IMG/VR virus record: IMGVR_UViG_3300031994_000001
Span: 119,799 to 183,798 of that record
Source of the DNA: a virus
Lineage: Duplodnaviria > Heunggongvirae > Uroviricota > Caudoviricetes
Direction: 5' to 3' (one strand)
DNA length: 64,000 nucleotides
Below the pieces are notes generated by a model. The model searched no databases, was not told the origin of the DNA, and was given only the letters and a program-made list of their open reading frames with translations. The translations under genes were made by a program, and so were the position numbers. Positions within the stretch are counted from its first letter, which is position 1; the number at the start of each line of letters is the position of its first letter. Positions 45,353-54,746 of this stretch are shown one piece after another.

Positions 45353-47836
45353 ATGAGACAAGACTACTATCATAACGGCCCGTTTGACATAAGTGAGTCG
45401 GGATTTACCGATGGCGGTAAAGAAGTAATTGAAATTGTTGACTACGGTTTGCCCGATGACGGAGAGGGTTATGTGGAAGGTGTGCAGGGCGCACAAGGAA
45501 TCCAAGGTGTGCAGGGTACTAATGGGGGCGGCGGCGGAGGCGGCGGCTCACAAGGCGCACAAGGTATTCAAGGAATCCAAGGAAAGCAGGGTATGCAAGG
45601 TGTTCAAGGTATTAAAGGTTCTGACGGCATACAAGGTACGGCAGGTTCTAACGGCGAACAAGGCGTTCAAGGTGTAGCAGGTGCTGATGGCGAACAAGGT
45701 ATTAAAGGTGCTGACGGCATACAAGGTACGGCAGGTTCTAACGGCGAACAAGGCGTTCAAGGTGTAGCAGGTGCTGATGGAATCCAAGGCGCACAAGGTA
45801 CAGCAGGTTCTGAAGGTATCCAAGGTGCAACGGGTACTGACGGTATCCAAGGTACAGCAGGTGCTGATGGTTTGCAAGGTGCAACGGGTGCTGATGGTTT
45901 GCAAGGTGCTGACGGTATTCAAGGTGCAACGGGTGCTGATGGTTTGCAAGGTGCTGACGGTATTCAAGGTACAGCAGGTGCTGATGGTTTGCAAGGTGCT
46001 GACGGTATTCAAGGTGCGGACGGCGCACAAGGTGTTCAAGGTATAATGGGTGCTGACGGAATCCAAGGTGCTGACGGTATTCAAGGAACTGACGGTTTCC
46101 AAGGTGCGGACGGCGCACAAGGTGTTCAAGGTATAATGGGTGCTGACGGAATCCAAGGTGCTGACGGCGTGCAGGGTGTACAAGGTGTGCAGGGTGCGCA
46201 GGCTGTGTATCAAGACTTTCAACTTGTCACCGCATTGAACTCTGATGTCAGTATGAGTGATTTGTTCGACAATGAATCATACAACAATGCAAGCATAATG
46301 TTTGATATTGACGCTTCAATAGACATAACGGTTGATGTTATGGCAAGCAATGATAACTACTTCATTCTTTCAAACACATCAAACAATCCCATAAATGTCA
46401 CATTCGACTATTCCAATTTAAGCAACATTCGCTTTATTGGAGATGAAGGATATTCGTCAGATGACAGTATCATTATACCTATGCAATCACAGTCTTTTAT
46501 ACAGTTTACATTCAGAAAAATGGGAAGCAATATTATAGTGTACTCTGTGAAACCGATTGCTTCACACGTGACACTTGTTGACGAATCCGATTTGAGCAGA
46601 ACGGCAGTTGCACTTGTTTACAAGAATGCGTCAAGCAACGAACTCAAATACCTTGACATTGACACTATCGGAGGAAACTCGGTTGACATTCAAGGATGGG
46701 TTATGCAGGACTATGTTAGGTTCACGAGAGGAAAGAACGGCATACCCGTTGTTATTCACAAGAATGCTCTCAACAAGTATATGTACGCTGAATACAACAG
46801 ATACAAACTCTACTGCGATACAACGGCAGCGGGCGGATTCCATTGGAAAGTCACAATCAACAATGCAGCCAAGCAGGGCGATGTCACTTGGGCTGTTGGC
46901 GATACATTAGATAGTATTGTCGCGCAAATGACGGGTGTTAATACATATTTGGTATTCTCACACGACAGCGGTGATGATTTTATCAAAGTTAGAAAAGGCG
47001 GAACTTCAAATTCTGTGTTCACACTTACCAATAACACGGGTGCTACCCTCGTTGACTTGTCGCTCTATACAAGAGTGAACGGTGTTCAGCAAGCGGAAAC
47101 CCATAGGGATTGGCAGGCACAAAGTATCGCAACATTGTTCCCGAACTCTAACTTTCCTGCCCCTACAAGCAAGTATTACTGTGAAAACACTTACGATATG
47201 TCACAGCGTACTGGTGCCAATTATCCAAAGTACACTTCATATTGGGAGAACAACAGTTCGGGCAACGCTTGGTATCCCGAAGATTCAACATCAAAGAGAA
47301 TGAACAGAACCAAGTTTGCGTCACTTGACGGTGACGGAAACGCAGAGCATCAAGCGTTATTCGACAAATATAATGGTTCTTGGGACAGATATATGGCTGC
47401 TGCTATGAACAAAAAGGATGACGTAAATACTGACGGTATAGACTATACGTCATACGACAACGGTGATGTATTTACTGCATTTGCCGTGTCTGTTGAGACT
47501 ATGGACTTTGACGGAAGTTACTTGCACGCATATCCCGCAGCATACAATACTTCATTGCGCACAGACTCCGTTTTGGGCGCATACCAAATGCCTACAGTAC
47601 ACGAGGTCGCTGTGTTTATGGACGATGAGACTATGCGCAAGATTAACACGGCATTCGGCTATTTGAGCGATGTAGCCCTTCTTATTGATACAACATCATA
47701 TTGGGCTGCTGGCGAATACAGCGAACAATACGCTTGGTTCTACAACGGTCAGCGTGGCGAAATGGGTTACAACGAAAGATACCAAAACGCCAACGCAGGC
47801 AGGTTTGTGGCATACATAAGACCGCAGAACCCGTAA
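45353..47836 (+). CDS. collagen-like (Gly-X-Gln/Asp) repeat protein with a large C-terminal domain, putative tail fibre / receptor-binding protein
   Basis: N-terminus MRQDYYHNGPFDISESGFTDGG resembles the N-terminus of the 62794-63603 protein. GGGGGGGG, then about 80 Gly-X-Y triplets with internal ~90-nt tandem duplications, then a ~540-aa non-repetitive domain. Confidence 0.65.
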   Translation: MRQDYYHNGPFDISESGFTDGGKEVIEIVDYGLPDDGEGYVEGVQGAQGIQGVQGTNGGGGGGGGSQGAQGIQGIQGKQGMQGVQGIKGSDGIQGTAGSNGEQGVQGVAGADGEQGIKGADGIQGTAGSNGEQGVQGVAGADGIQGAQGTAGSEGIQGATGTDGIQGTAGADGLQGATGADGLQGADGIQGATGADGLQGADGIQGTAGADGLQGADGIQGADGAQGVQGIMGADGIQGADGIQGTDGFQGADGAQGVQGIMGADGIQGADGVQGVQGVQGAQAVYQDFQLVTALNSDVSMSDLFDNESYNNASIMFDIDASIDITVDVMASNDNYFILSNTSNNPINVTFDYSNLSNIRFIGDEGYSSDDSIIIPMQSQSFIQFTFRKMGSNIIVYSVKPIASHVTLVDESDLSRTAVALVYKNASSNELKYLDIDTIGGNSVDIQGWVMQDYVRFTRGKNGIPVVIHKNALNKYMYAEYNRYKLYCDTTAAGGFHWKVTINNAAKQGDVTWAVGDTLDSIVAQMTGVNTYLVFSHDSGDDFIKVRKGGTSNSVFTLTNNTGATLVDLSLYTRVNGVQQAETHRDWQAQSIATLFPNSNFPAPTSKYYCENTYDMSQRTGANYPKYTSYWENNSSGNAWYPEDSTSKRMNRTKFASLDGDGNAEHQALFDKYNGSWDRYMAAAMNKKDDVNTDGIDYTSYDNGDVFTAFAVSVETMDFDGSYLHAYPAAYNTSLRTDSVLGAYQMPTVHEVAVFMDDETMRKINTAFGYLSDVALLIDTTSYWAAGEYSEQYAWFYNGQRGEMGYNERYQNANAGRFVAYIRPQNP

Positions 47837-47857
47837 CATACTATTCTACGATAACGA

Positions 47858-47886
47858 AAGCCCGATAAAATGTCGGGCTTTTTTAT
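47858..47886 (+). terminator. rho-independent terminator
   Basis: AAGCCCGA-taaaatg-TCGGGCTT followed by T6. Confidence 0.7.
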
Positions 47887-47948
47887 TTTGCGGGCGTTTA
47901 TTTTTTCCGAAATTTTATTATATATTATAGTGAATAAGTATTTGTAAT

Positions 47949-48689
47949 ATGGAACTGTATAACGGCGATTGCATAGATATAATGAAAGACATACCAAGCG
48001 GCAGCGTGGATATGGTGCTGTGCGATTTGCCATACGGAACTACACAGAACAAATGGGATGCCGTCATTCCGTTTGACTTGCTGTGGGAGCAGTACAACCG
48101 TGTGGCAAAGGTATCAGCAGCCATTGTTCTGTTCGCGCAGGGTGTGTTCTATGCAGACCTTGTTCACTCCAACAGAAATAATTTTCGATACGACCTTGTG
48201 TGGGATAAAATGCTTAAAGGCGGGTTCTTGAACGCAAAGGTTATGCCGATGCGCATACACGAGCAGATTGCTGTGTTTTATAGAAAGAAACCCGTTTACA
48301 ACCCGCAGAAGACAAAAGGCAAACCGAACCACACGAAAGGGACGGCTATATTCACGAAAGGCGAGACCAACAACAACTATGGTAAATACAACCCCGTTGA
48401 AACTGACGTGAATGACGATATGAAATATCCGAGTACCATACTGTCGTTCCAAAAACCTCATCCGAGTGTTTCGGTTCATCCCACACAGAAGCCCGTTGAG
48501 TTGCTTGAATATCTCATAAGGACATTCACAAACGAGGGTGACACGGTGTTGGACAATACAATGGGTAGCGGCAGCACGGGTGTAGCCTGCGTGAATACGA
48601 ACCGAAATTTTATAGGCATAGAGAAAGATACTAATTATTTTGAAATAGCGAAAAAGAGAATTGAGGAATCAAATAAAAAATTGTTCTGA
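47949..48689 (+). CDS. DNA methyltransferase 1 (N6-adenine/N4-cytosine, beta-class, PF01555-like)
   Basis: Motif IV variant CDLPYGTT near the N-terminus (D-L-P-Y in place of D-P-P-Y); HPTQKPVELLEYLIRTFTNEGDTVLDNTMGSGSTGVAC (motif I) near the C-terminus. Confidence 0.8.
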   Translation: MELYNGDCIDIMKDIPSGSVDMVLCDLPYGTTQNKWDAVIPFDLLWEQYNRVAKVSAAIVLFAQGVFYADLVHSNRNNFRYDLVWDKMLKGGFLNAKVMPMRIHEQIAVFYRKKPVYNPQKTKGKPNHTKGTAIFTKGETNNNYGKYNPVETDVNDDMKYPSTILSFQKPHPSVSVHPTQKPVELLEYLIRTFTNEGDTVLDNTMGSGSTGVACVNTNRNFIGIEKDTNYFEIAKKRIEESNKKLF

Positions 48690-49433
48690 ATGAACGACAT
48701 CAGACTATATAACGGGGATTGTCTTGAAGTTATGGCGGGTTTGGAAGAGCATAGCGTTGACTGCGTTATATGCGACCTTCCATACGGCATAACGAGTAAC
48801 AAGTGGGATATTGTCATACCCTTTGACAAATTGTGGGAATCGTATGACAGAGTGTGCAAGGAAAACGCTATGATATGTTTGTTCGGCGGGCAACCGTTTT
48901 CGTCAATGCTTGTTATGTCGAACTTGAAGATGTTTCGTCACGAGTGGATTTGGATTAAGAACAGAGGAAGCAACTTTGCGAATACGGTGAGAGAGCCTAT
49001 GAAAGAACACGAAAGCATATTGTGTTTCTCGAAAGGCAAATGGACTTACAACAAGCAGATGCAGGAGCGCACTGGCGGGGGTGCTGACCGTGTTAAGTAC
49101 AGCATATCGTTTGACACTTCATCATCGAACTACCGTGATTTTGACAAAAAGGAAAACCTTGTGCTTACGGAGGAACGTGTGCTGTCATCATACCAAAAGT
49201 TCAACACGGAAGTTGGGTTGCACCCCACACAGAAACCAGTAGCCTTGCTTGAATATCTGATACGGACATACACTAATGAGGGCGACACTGTAATGGACAA
49301 TACGATGGGCAGCGGCTCTACGGGTGTAGCCTGCGCCAACACGGACAGAAATTTTATAGGAATAGAACTTGATAAAAAATATTTTGACATTGCTGAAAGT
49401 AGGATAAAATATGCAAATAAAAAACTTTTCTGA
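48690..49433 (+). CDS. DNA methyltransferase 2 (paralog)
   Basis: CDLPYGITSNKWD ... HPTQKPVALLEYLIRTYTNEGDTVMDNTMGSGSTGVAC; the start abuts the previous stop. Confidence 0.8.
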   Translation: MNDIRLYNGDCLEVMAGLEEHSVDCVICDLPYGITSNKWDIVIPFDKLWESYDRVCKENAMICLFGGQPFSSMLVMSNLKMFRHEWIWIKNRGSNFANTVREPMKEHESILCFSKGKWTYNKQMQERTGGGADRVKYSISFDTSSSNYRDFDKKENLVLTEERVLSSYQKFNTEVGLHPTQKPVALLEYLIRTYTNEGDTVMDNTMGSGSTGVACANTDRNFIGIELDKKYFDIAESRIKYANKKLF

Positions 49434-49434
49434 A

Positions 49435-50385
49435 ATGGACGGGGTGAAACTATACAACGGGGACTGCCTCGAAGTTATGAACGATATACCCGATAACAGC
49501 GTTAATTTAATACTTTGTGACCTTCCATACGGCACAATGGGTATAAAATGGGACGTTACGATACCGTTTGACAAACTGTGGGAACACTACAATCGTGTAC
49601 TGAAACCAAACGGTACGGTTCTGCTTTTCGGAAGCGAGCCGTTTGCTTCTATGGTTCGTTACAGCAATCCGTCTATGTACAAATACGATTGGGTTTGGGA
49701 GAAAAACAACTGCGGCAATTTCCAATTGGTGAACAAGCAGCCTATGAAGATACACGAGACAATATCCGTGTTTTATGAGATTCCGAGACATTACGCCTTT
49801 TCGGAAATAATCGTTTCCAATATGAAGCGTCTTGGCTTGGGTTACAACGAGGTCAGTATGCTGTTCCCGTCACGAAACGGTTTACAGACGGGTTGGCTGT
49901 CCAACAAGATAAGCGGAAAGCAGTTGCCTACAAGAGAGCAATGGAAGCGTTTGTGTAATTTGTTCGGTATTGAAGATGAATATGACAAACTCGCAGTCAA
50001 GAACACTATAACCTATAATATGGTTCTGAAAGACGTTGAGAGAACATTGTCAAACAAAGGCAAAGGCGGCAGGCTCGGACATCTCGGCTCGCAGAACAAG
50101 CGCAGCGAGTATAAGCAGACAAAGAGCGGTTATCCAAAAAGCATATTGAAGTTCAACCGAGAGACGGGATTTCACCCTACGCAGAAGCCCGTTTCGCTGC
50201 TTGAATTTTTGGTTAAAACCCACAGCAACGAGGGTGACGTTGTTCTTGACAACTGTATGGGCAGCGGTTCTACGGGTGTAGCCTGCGTGAATACGGGCAG
50301 GAACTTTGTCGGCATTGAAATTGAGAAAAAGTATTTCGAGATTGCCGAAGAACGCATTTTGGATTCCGAAAAGAAACTGTTTTAG
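49435..50385 (+). CDS. DNA methyltransferase 3 (paralog with an ~80-aa insertion)
   Basis: CDLPYGTMGIKWD ... HPTQKPVSLLEFLVKTHSNEGDVVLDNCMGSGSTGVAC; ATG 1 nt after the previous stop. Confidence 0.8.
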   Translation: MDGVKLYNGDCLEVMNDIPDNSVNLILCDLPYGTMGIKWDVTIPFDKLWEHYNRVLKPNGTVLLFGSEPFASMVRYSNPSMYKYDWVWEKNNCGNFQLVNKQPMKIHETISVFYEIPRHYAFSEIIVSNMKRLGLGYNEVSMLFPSRNGLQTGWLSNKISGKQLPTREQWKRLCNLFGIEDEYDKLAVKNTITYNMVLKDVERTLSNKGKGGRLGHLGSQNKRSEYKQTKSGYPKSILKFNRETGFHPTQKPVSLLEFLVKTHSNEGDVVLDNCMGSGSTGVACVNTGRNFVGIEIEKKYFEIAEERILDSEKKLF

Positions 50386-50413
50386 TTGTGTTAAAAAACA
50401 AAAAATTATTCTG

Positions 50414-51349
50414 ATGGTAAGAAACATTATAATTGATGGCGAATTGCCAATAATATGTTCCGTCCCCGCCATTGAGGGTGTCGCTTATATGCTCAAGGAG
50501 CATTTTAACGACAAACCGAACAGACAGTTCACGGTGAACACAAGCATAGAGGATTACGATGAGTTGGAGAAAAACAGCGAACTCACGGACTGTATGGTCT
50601 ATTACAATATGGAGCATAAGTGCAAGATTATGTGGAACGGGCAGTTGCCGTTCTGCGGTTCGTATTGGACGGAGAAAAACAACGAAATGTTCGCCAAGTA
50701 TGATGAGATATGGGATTTCCAAATTGAGAACTACGAGTATTTCAAGTACCACGGTCTCGGAGACAAATTCAGATTCAGACCGCTACGGTACACAAGTTTC
50801 TATGAATGGTACAGAACAAGCGAGAAACCGCAGTTCGACATTCAGTTGGAGTGTGTTATTGATTCCGATATTAGGGCGGTTGCATTGCGTAATCTGACCG
50901 ATATTCCTATGGCTGTTGACGATAACGGAAATTATGTGATTACGGGTGAGCGTATGCGAATCAACCTAACAAACACAATGGAAAGCGGCGTGAAACTGTT
51001 GGCAAAGAACAACTGCCGCTATGGTATTGACATTCCGAGATATGACGTGCTTTGCACGATAAACACGTTCCGAATCTATGAGTATGTCTGTATGAACAAG
51101 CCCGTTATTGTATGGGATAAATACGGCATCACATCAAAGCGTTATTTCAACGACTTGTGCATTTACACAAAAGACATTACCGCGTACAACATAAACAACA
51201 TAATTCAGAACGAGCCGAAGTCCGATGTTGCCGACACATTCAAGCAGATGACATTCAATGATTCCGACTATAACGAATACATACTTGACATAGTGCGCGA
51301 CCATAAAGATAGGACGGGTGAGACTATTCCCGATTCAGTATTGCAATGA
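50414..51349 (+). CDS. hypothetical protein (311 aa) embedded in the methyltransferase array
   Basis: ORF from the ATG 28 nt after the MTase-3 stop; its stop overlaps the MTase-4 ATG (ATGA). No confident motif. Confidence 0.5.
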   Translation: MVRNIIIDGELPIICSVPAIEGVAYMLKEHFNDKPNRQFTVNTSIEDYDELEKNSELTDCMVYYNMEHKCKIMWNGQLPFCGSYWTEKNNEMFAKYDEIWDFQIENYEYFKYHGLGDKFRFRPLRYTSFYEWYRTSEKPQFDIQLECVIDSDIRAVALRNLTDIPMAVDDNGNYVITGERMRINLTNTMESGVKLLAKNNCRYGIDIPRYDVLCTINTFRIYEYVCMNKPVIVWDKYGITSKRYFNDLCIYTKDITAYNINNIIQNEPKSDVADTFKQMTFNDSDYNEYILDIVRDHKDRTGETIPDSVLQ

Positions 51350-52161
51350 TAGACGATACAAACATAGAACTTTTGCACGGTGATTGCCTTGAACTTATGA
51401 AAGGCATACCCGACAACAGCATAGACCTCGTGCTGTGCGATTTGCCATACGGCACGACCGCCTGCGCTTGGGATGCCGTCATACCATTCGAGCCGCTTTG
51501 GGAACAGTACAAAAGGGTTACAAAAGACAATTCACCGATTGTGCTGTTCAGCACACAGCCGTTTACAACAATGCTCATCTACTCAAACATAAAATGGTTC
51601 AGAGAGGAAATCATTTGGCTTAAAAACCGTGGCGGCAGCGGTCTCCATTCCGACAGACGGCATATCAAGACTCACGAGAATATCGTTGTTTTTTCCAAAG
51701 GTTCGTACACGTTCAACCCGCAGAAGTGGGCAGTGTGTGACAAAAAGTTCCTCGTACACAGAAAGGTGTTTGACTACGGCTATGCGAAAAACAACATATA
51801 CGGAAATATTCGCGATGTGAAGAAACCCGATGACGGAACTCGGAATCCGATAAGCGTTGTGTCATACGAAGTGCCTCATACCCCGTCAAAAGGCAGGCAT
51901 TATGACAGCAATGTTGACTTGCGATACCATCCGACACAGAAACCGATAGAACTGCTCGAATACCTTATAAAGACATATAGCAATGAGGGAGGCGTTGTTC
52001 TTGACAACACTATGGGTTGCGGCAGCACGGGTGCAGCCTGCGTGAACACAAACCGCAAATTCATAGGCATTGAGATTGAGAAAGAGTATTTTGACATTGC
52101 GGAGAAACGCATAAAAGAAGCCAAGCAAAAACAGCAAACTGAAGCAAAGACATTGTTCTGA
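51346..52161 (+). CDS. DNA methyltransferase 4 (paralog)
   Basis: CDLPYGTTACAWD ... HPTQKPIELLEYLIKTYSNEGGVVLDNTMGCGSTGAAC. Confidence 0.8.
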   Translation: MIDDTNIELLHGDCLELMKGIPDNSIDLVLCDLPYGTTACAWDAVIPFEPLWEQYKRVTKDNSPIVLFSTQPFTTMLIYSNIKWFREEIIWLKNRGGSGLHSDRRHIKTHENIVVFSKGSYTFNPQKWAVCDKKFLVHRKVFDYGYAKNNIYGNIRDVKKPDDGTRNPISVVSYEVPHTPSKGRHYDSNVDLRYHPTQKPIELLEYLIKTYSNEGGVVLDNTMGCGSTGAACVNTNRKFIGIEIEKEYFDIAEKRIKEAKQKQQTEAKTLF

Positions 52162-52949
52162 TGGAAGTGAACAAGATATACAACCAAGACTGCATTGATG
52201 GTATGCGGTTTATTGGCGACAAGTCAATAGACTGCATAATTTGTGATTTGCCATACGGAACGACTGCCTGCAAATGGGATTCCGTCATTCCGATAGAATC
52301 GCTATGGGAACAGTATGAGAGGATTATAACCGATGTCGGTGCTATTGTGCTGTTCGGTCAAGAGCCGTTTTCCTCCTTTTTGAGAATGAGCAACACTAAA
52401 CTCTACCGTTACGATTGGATATGGGAAAAGCAGAGACCATCCAACTTCCAACTTATGAATTACCAATGCGGCAGGATTCACGAAACGATAAGTGTTTTCA
52501 GCAAAAGCAACGCCTGCTATTCAAACGGCAAGCCTACTATGACATACTATCCGCAGACGACTTCAAGGGAAAAGGCGAGGGTTAGTACAAAGAACACAGT
52601 TTACAGCAACAACATTCTGCACAACTACAATAAGACTGCAACTGACTGTGACGAGAAAAAGACCTATAACGTGAAGCAGCCGACTTCCATCATCAAGTAC
52701 AATACGGTTGAGGGTGGCAAGATACACCCGACACAGAAGCCCGTTGAACTTGTGCAGTACCTTGTGCGGACTTACACGAAAGAGGGCGACCTTGTGTTGG
52801 ACAACTGTATGGGCAGCGGCACGACCGCAGTAGCCTGCATTCGGGAAAACCGCAGGTATATAGGGTTCGAAACGGATTCGGAATACTATGAAAAGTCGTT
52901 GGAACGTATAAAAGGCGAGATTGAGGAAAAGAGAAAACAACTTTTTTGA
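52161..52949 (+). CDS. DNA methyltransferase 5 (paralog)
   Basis: CDLPYGTTACKWD ... HPTQKPVELVQYLVRTYTKEGDLVLDNCMGSGTTAVAC; its ATG overlaps the previous stop (TGATG). Confidence 0.8.
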   Translation: MEVNKIYNQDCIDGMRFIGDKSIDCIICDLPYGTTACKWDSVIPIESLWEQYERIITDVGAIVLFGQEPFSSFLRMSNTKLYRYDWIWEKQRPSNFQLMNYQCGRIHETISVFSKSNACYSNGKPTMTYYPQTTSREKARVSTKNTVYSNNILHNYNKTATDCDEKKTYNVKQPTSIIKYNTVEGGKIHPTQKPVELVQYLVRTYTKEGDLVLDNCMGSGTTAVACIRENRRYIGFETDSEYYEKSLERIKGEIEEKRKQLF

Positions 52950-52985
52950 TACTGGAGTATAAATATACATATATAAAAGTTATAT

Positions 52986-53243
52986 ATGAAGATACTTGAC
53001 ACAAAACAATTAGACGAAAAACTCAAAATAGAACCCGTTTCAAAGACAAAACTCAATGGGTTGAAAACAAAAATTGAGGAAGACAAGGATTTGATGGGTT
53101 TGCTTGAAAAAACAATATCCAAAATCGGTGACTATGTTGATATTGACGGTGAAAGATGGGATGAAGAATGCGTCAAAGGATTGAAAAAAGGTTTTGATAT
53201 GCTTTTGGACTTTTATGTCAAAGTGAAACGAGACGAAGAATAA
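52986..53243 (+). CDS. leader-family protein 10 (MKILDTKQLDEKLKIEPVSKTKL...), 85 aa
   Basis: Leader motif; preceded by GTATAAATATACATATATAAAAG. Confidence 0.5.
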   Translation: MKILDTKQLDEKLKIEPVSKTKLNGLKTKIEEDKDLMGLLEKTISKIGDYVDIDGERWDEECVKGLKKGFDMLLDFYVKVKRDEE

Positions 53244-53253
53244 TACAACGTAT

Positions 53254-53661
53254 ATGGCAAAAATCAGAAAAATTGACGAACTTGATGCAGTTTCTGAAAA
53301 GATTAGCATACAACCCGTTACGAGAGGTGAGTTGGCTAATTTGACTTACGGCAAGGGCAGATACATAATCACCGACATTTGGGTCTTGGAAAAGGATAAA
53401 GACGATGACGGTTCGTATCTTGAGTTTAAAATGTCAATCGGTGATGATTTGAAGAAATTGGTTGCCGAAACCTTGCTGAAATTTTGCGATGTCGTTGTTG
53501 ACACAAGCAAACTCTCTTATGTCGAATATCCCGACAATGAGGTTTGGGCGAATTATACCGACAAGGATGTCGCAGTTTATCAATGCAAGGTTGATATTTT
53601 ACGGAATATGACAACAAGGGATTACGAAAGACTTGGAATCCAAGACGATTTGACAAGATGA
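53254..53661 (+). CDS. leader-family protein 11 (MAKIRKIDELDAVSEKISIQPVTRGEL...), 135 aa
   Basis: Diverged leader motif. Confidence 0.5.
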   Translation: MAKIRKIDELDAVSEKISIQPVTRGELANLTYGKGRYIITDIWVLEKDKDDDGSYLEFKMSIGDDLKKLVAETLLKFCDVVVDTSKLSYVEYPDNEVWANYTDKDVAVYQCKVDILRNMTTRDYERLGIQDDLTR

Positions 53662-53933
53662 AATATTTATTGAAACGAACACCGAACTTCGGTGACAGCA
53701 AGGTGCATTTCCTGCTGTTCTGCATTGACTATCCTTGGAATCCGCCGTTTGTACGGTATGACATTGAAGTAATTAGGGAGATTGCAAAAGGTATGAAAGT
53801 CGGTGAGCAGAAGATATTGAATATTGAACCATTGATGTTCTCAAAGGAAAAATACGGCGAAATAACAATAGTTGAAGATAACTGCAAAACATTATTTCAA
53901 ATCCCCGAAGACGGCTCTGCCCGTGAATATTAG
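53658..53933 (+). CDS. hypothetical protein (91 aa)
   Basis: ATG overlaps the previous stop (ATGA). Confidence 0.4.
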   Translation: MKYLLKRTPNFGDSKVHFLLFCIDYPWNPPFVRYDIEVIREIAKGMKVGEQKILNIEPLMFSKEKYGEITIVEDNCKTLFQIPEDGSAREY

Positions 53934-53936
53934 ACT

Positions 53937-54458
53937 ATGGCTGATACCAATTTACATTTGTACGATATAGAGTTGAGAATCGCCCGCTCACGGGATTTCG
54001 ACTATACGAAGAAACTTGTTGTGTTCAACGTGATAGGGCAGGGCGGCGTGTTACCGCTATGGCACGAGTGTGATGTTCTTGTTTGTACAAAGGTAGGCTA
54101 CCTAACTGAAATTGAGATAAAACGCTCATACGCTGATTTTCTCAATGACTTCAAGAAAGAACACAACCATAAGTCGGATTACATAAAATATTTTTATTAT
54201 TGCGTTCCCGCAAAAATTAAGGACAAAGTTCTGTCGTTTCTATCGTCATACGAGAACCAAAACGATTGGCGTGCTATGGCGGGTGTAATAACCTATTGGG
54301 ACGATAGCAAGTGGATAGACATTGTGAAAGCACCTACACAAAACAAGGACGTACTGAAACTGTCGCTTGAACAGATGCTATATCTCGCACGGCTTGGAAG
54401 TATGCGGGTGCTTACGCTCAAAAAGAAAATACTTGATTTGAAAAAACAACGGATATGA
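53937..54458 (+). CDS. hypothetical protein; possible PD-(D/E)xK / VRR-NUC-like nuclease motif
   Basis: WHECDVLVCTKVGYLTEIEIKRS gives a D...(12 residues)...E-I-E-I-K arrangement resembling D-x(n)-E-x-K. Confidence 0.3.
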   Translation: MADTNLHLYDIELRIARSRDFDYTKKLVVFNVIGQGGVLPLWHECDVLVCTKVGYLTEIEIKRSYADFLNDFKKEHNHKSDYIKYFYYCVPAKIKDKVLSFLSSYENQNDWRAMAGVITYWDDSKWIDIVKAPTQNKDVLKLSLEQMLYLARLGSMRVLTLKKKILDLKKQRI

Positions 54459-54676
54459 ATGACAAAGAACTTGACATTGATTGGAACAATGTTCTCATTG
54501 AGGCGAGCATAGCGGCTATGCAAGGAATACAAGAAAGCGGAAAATTCGGATTGGCTGCGGATGTTATGCCCGAAAAACTTGCGGAGATTTCTGTCAAGAT
54601 AGCAAAATGTCTCGTAACCGAACTGAAAGCGGAAATTGAATCAAAAAGCGAGCGGCAATTACCGCTCGCTTTTTGA
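54455..54676 (+). CDS. hypothetical protein (73 aa)
   Basis: ORF overlapping the previous stop; a terminator hairpin overlaps its 3' end. Confidence 0.4.
   Translation: MNDKELDIDWNNVLIEASIAAMQGIQESGKFGLAADVMPEKLAEISVKIAKCLVTELKAEIESKSERQLPLAF
54646..54675 (+). terminator. rho-independent terminator
   Basis: GCGAGCGG-caatta-CCGCTCGC followed by T5. Confidence 0.65.
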
Positions 54677-54746
54677 TTATGTGCTTGTTTGTTATGTGGC
54701 AGAAAATCTGACTGAATGTCGTTTTTTTTTTTGTTTGACAAATATG

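Noticed and set aside
50306-50413. Upstream extension (start at 50306) of the gene embedded in the methyltransferase array
   Set aside because: It overlaps the 3' end of MTase 3. The ATG at 50414, downstream of the MTase-3 stop, fits the operon's tight spacing.
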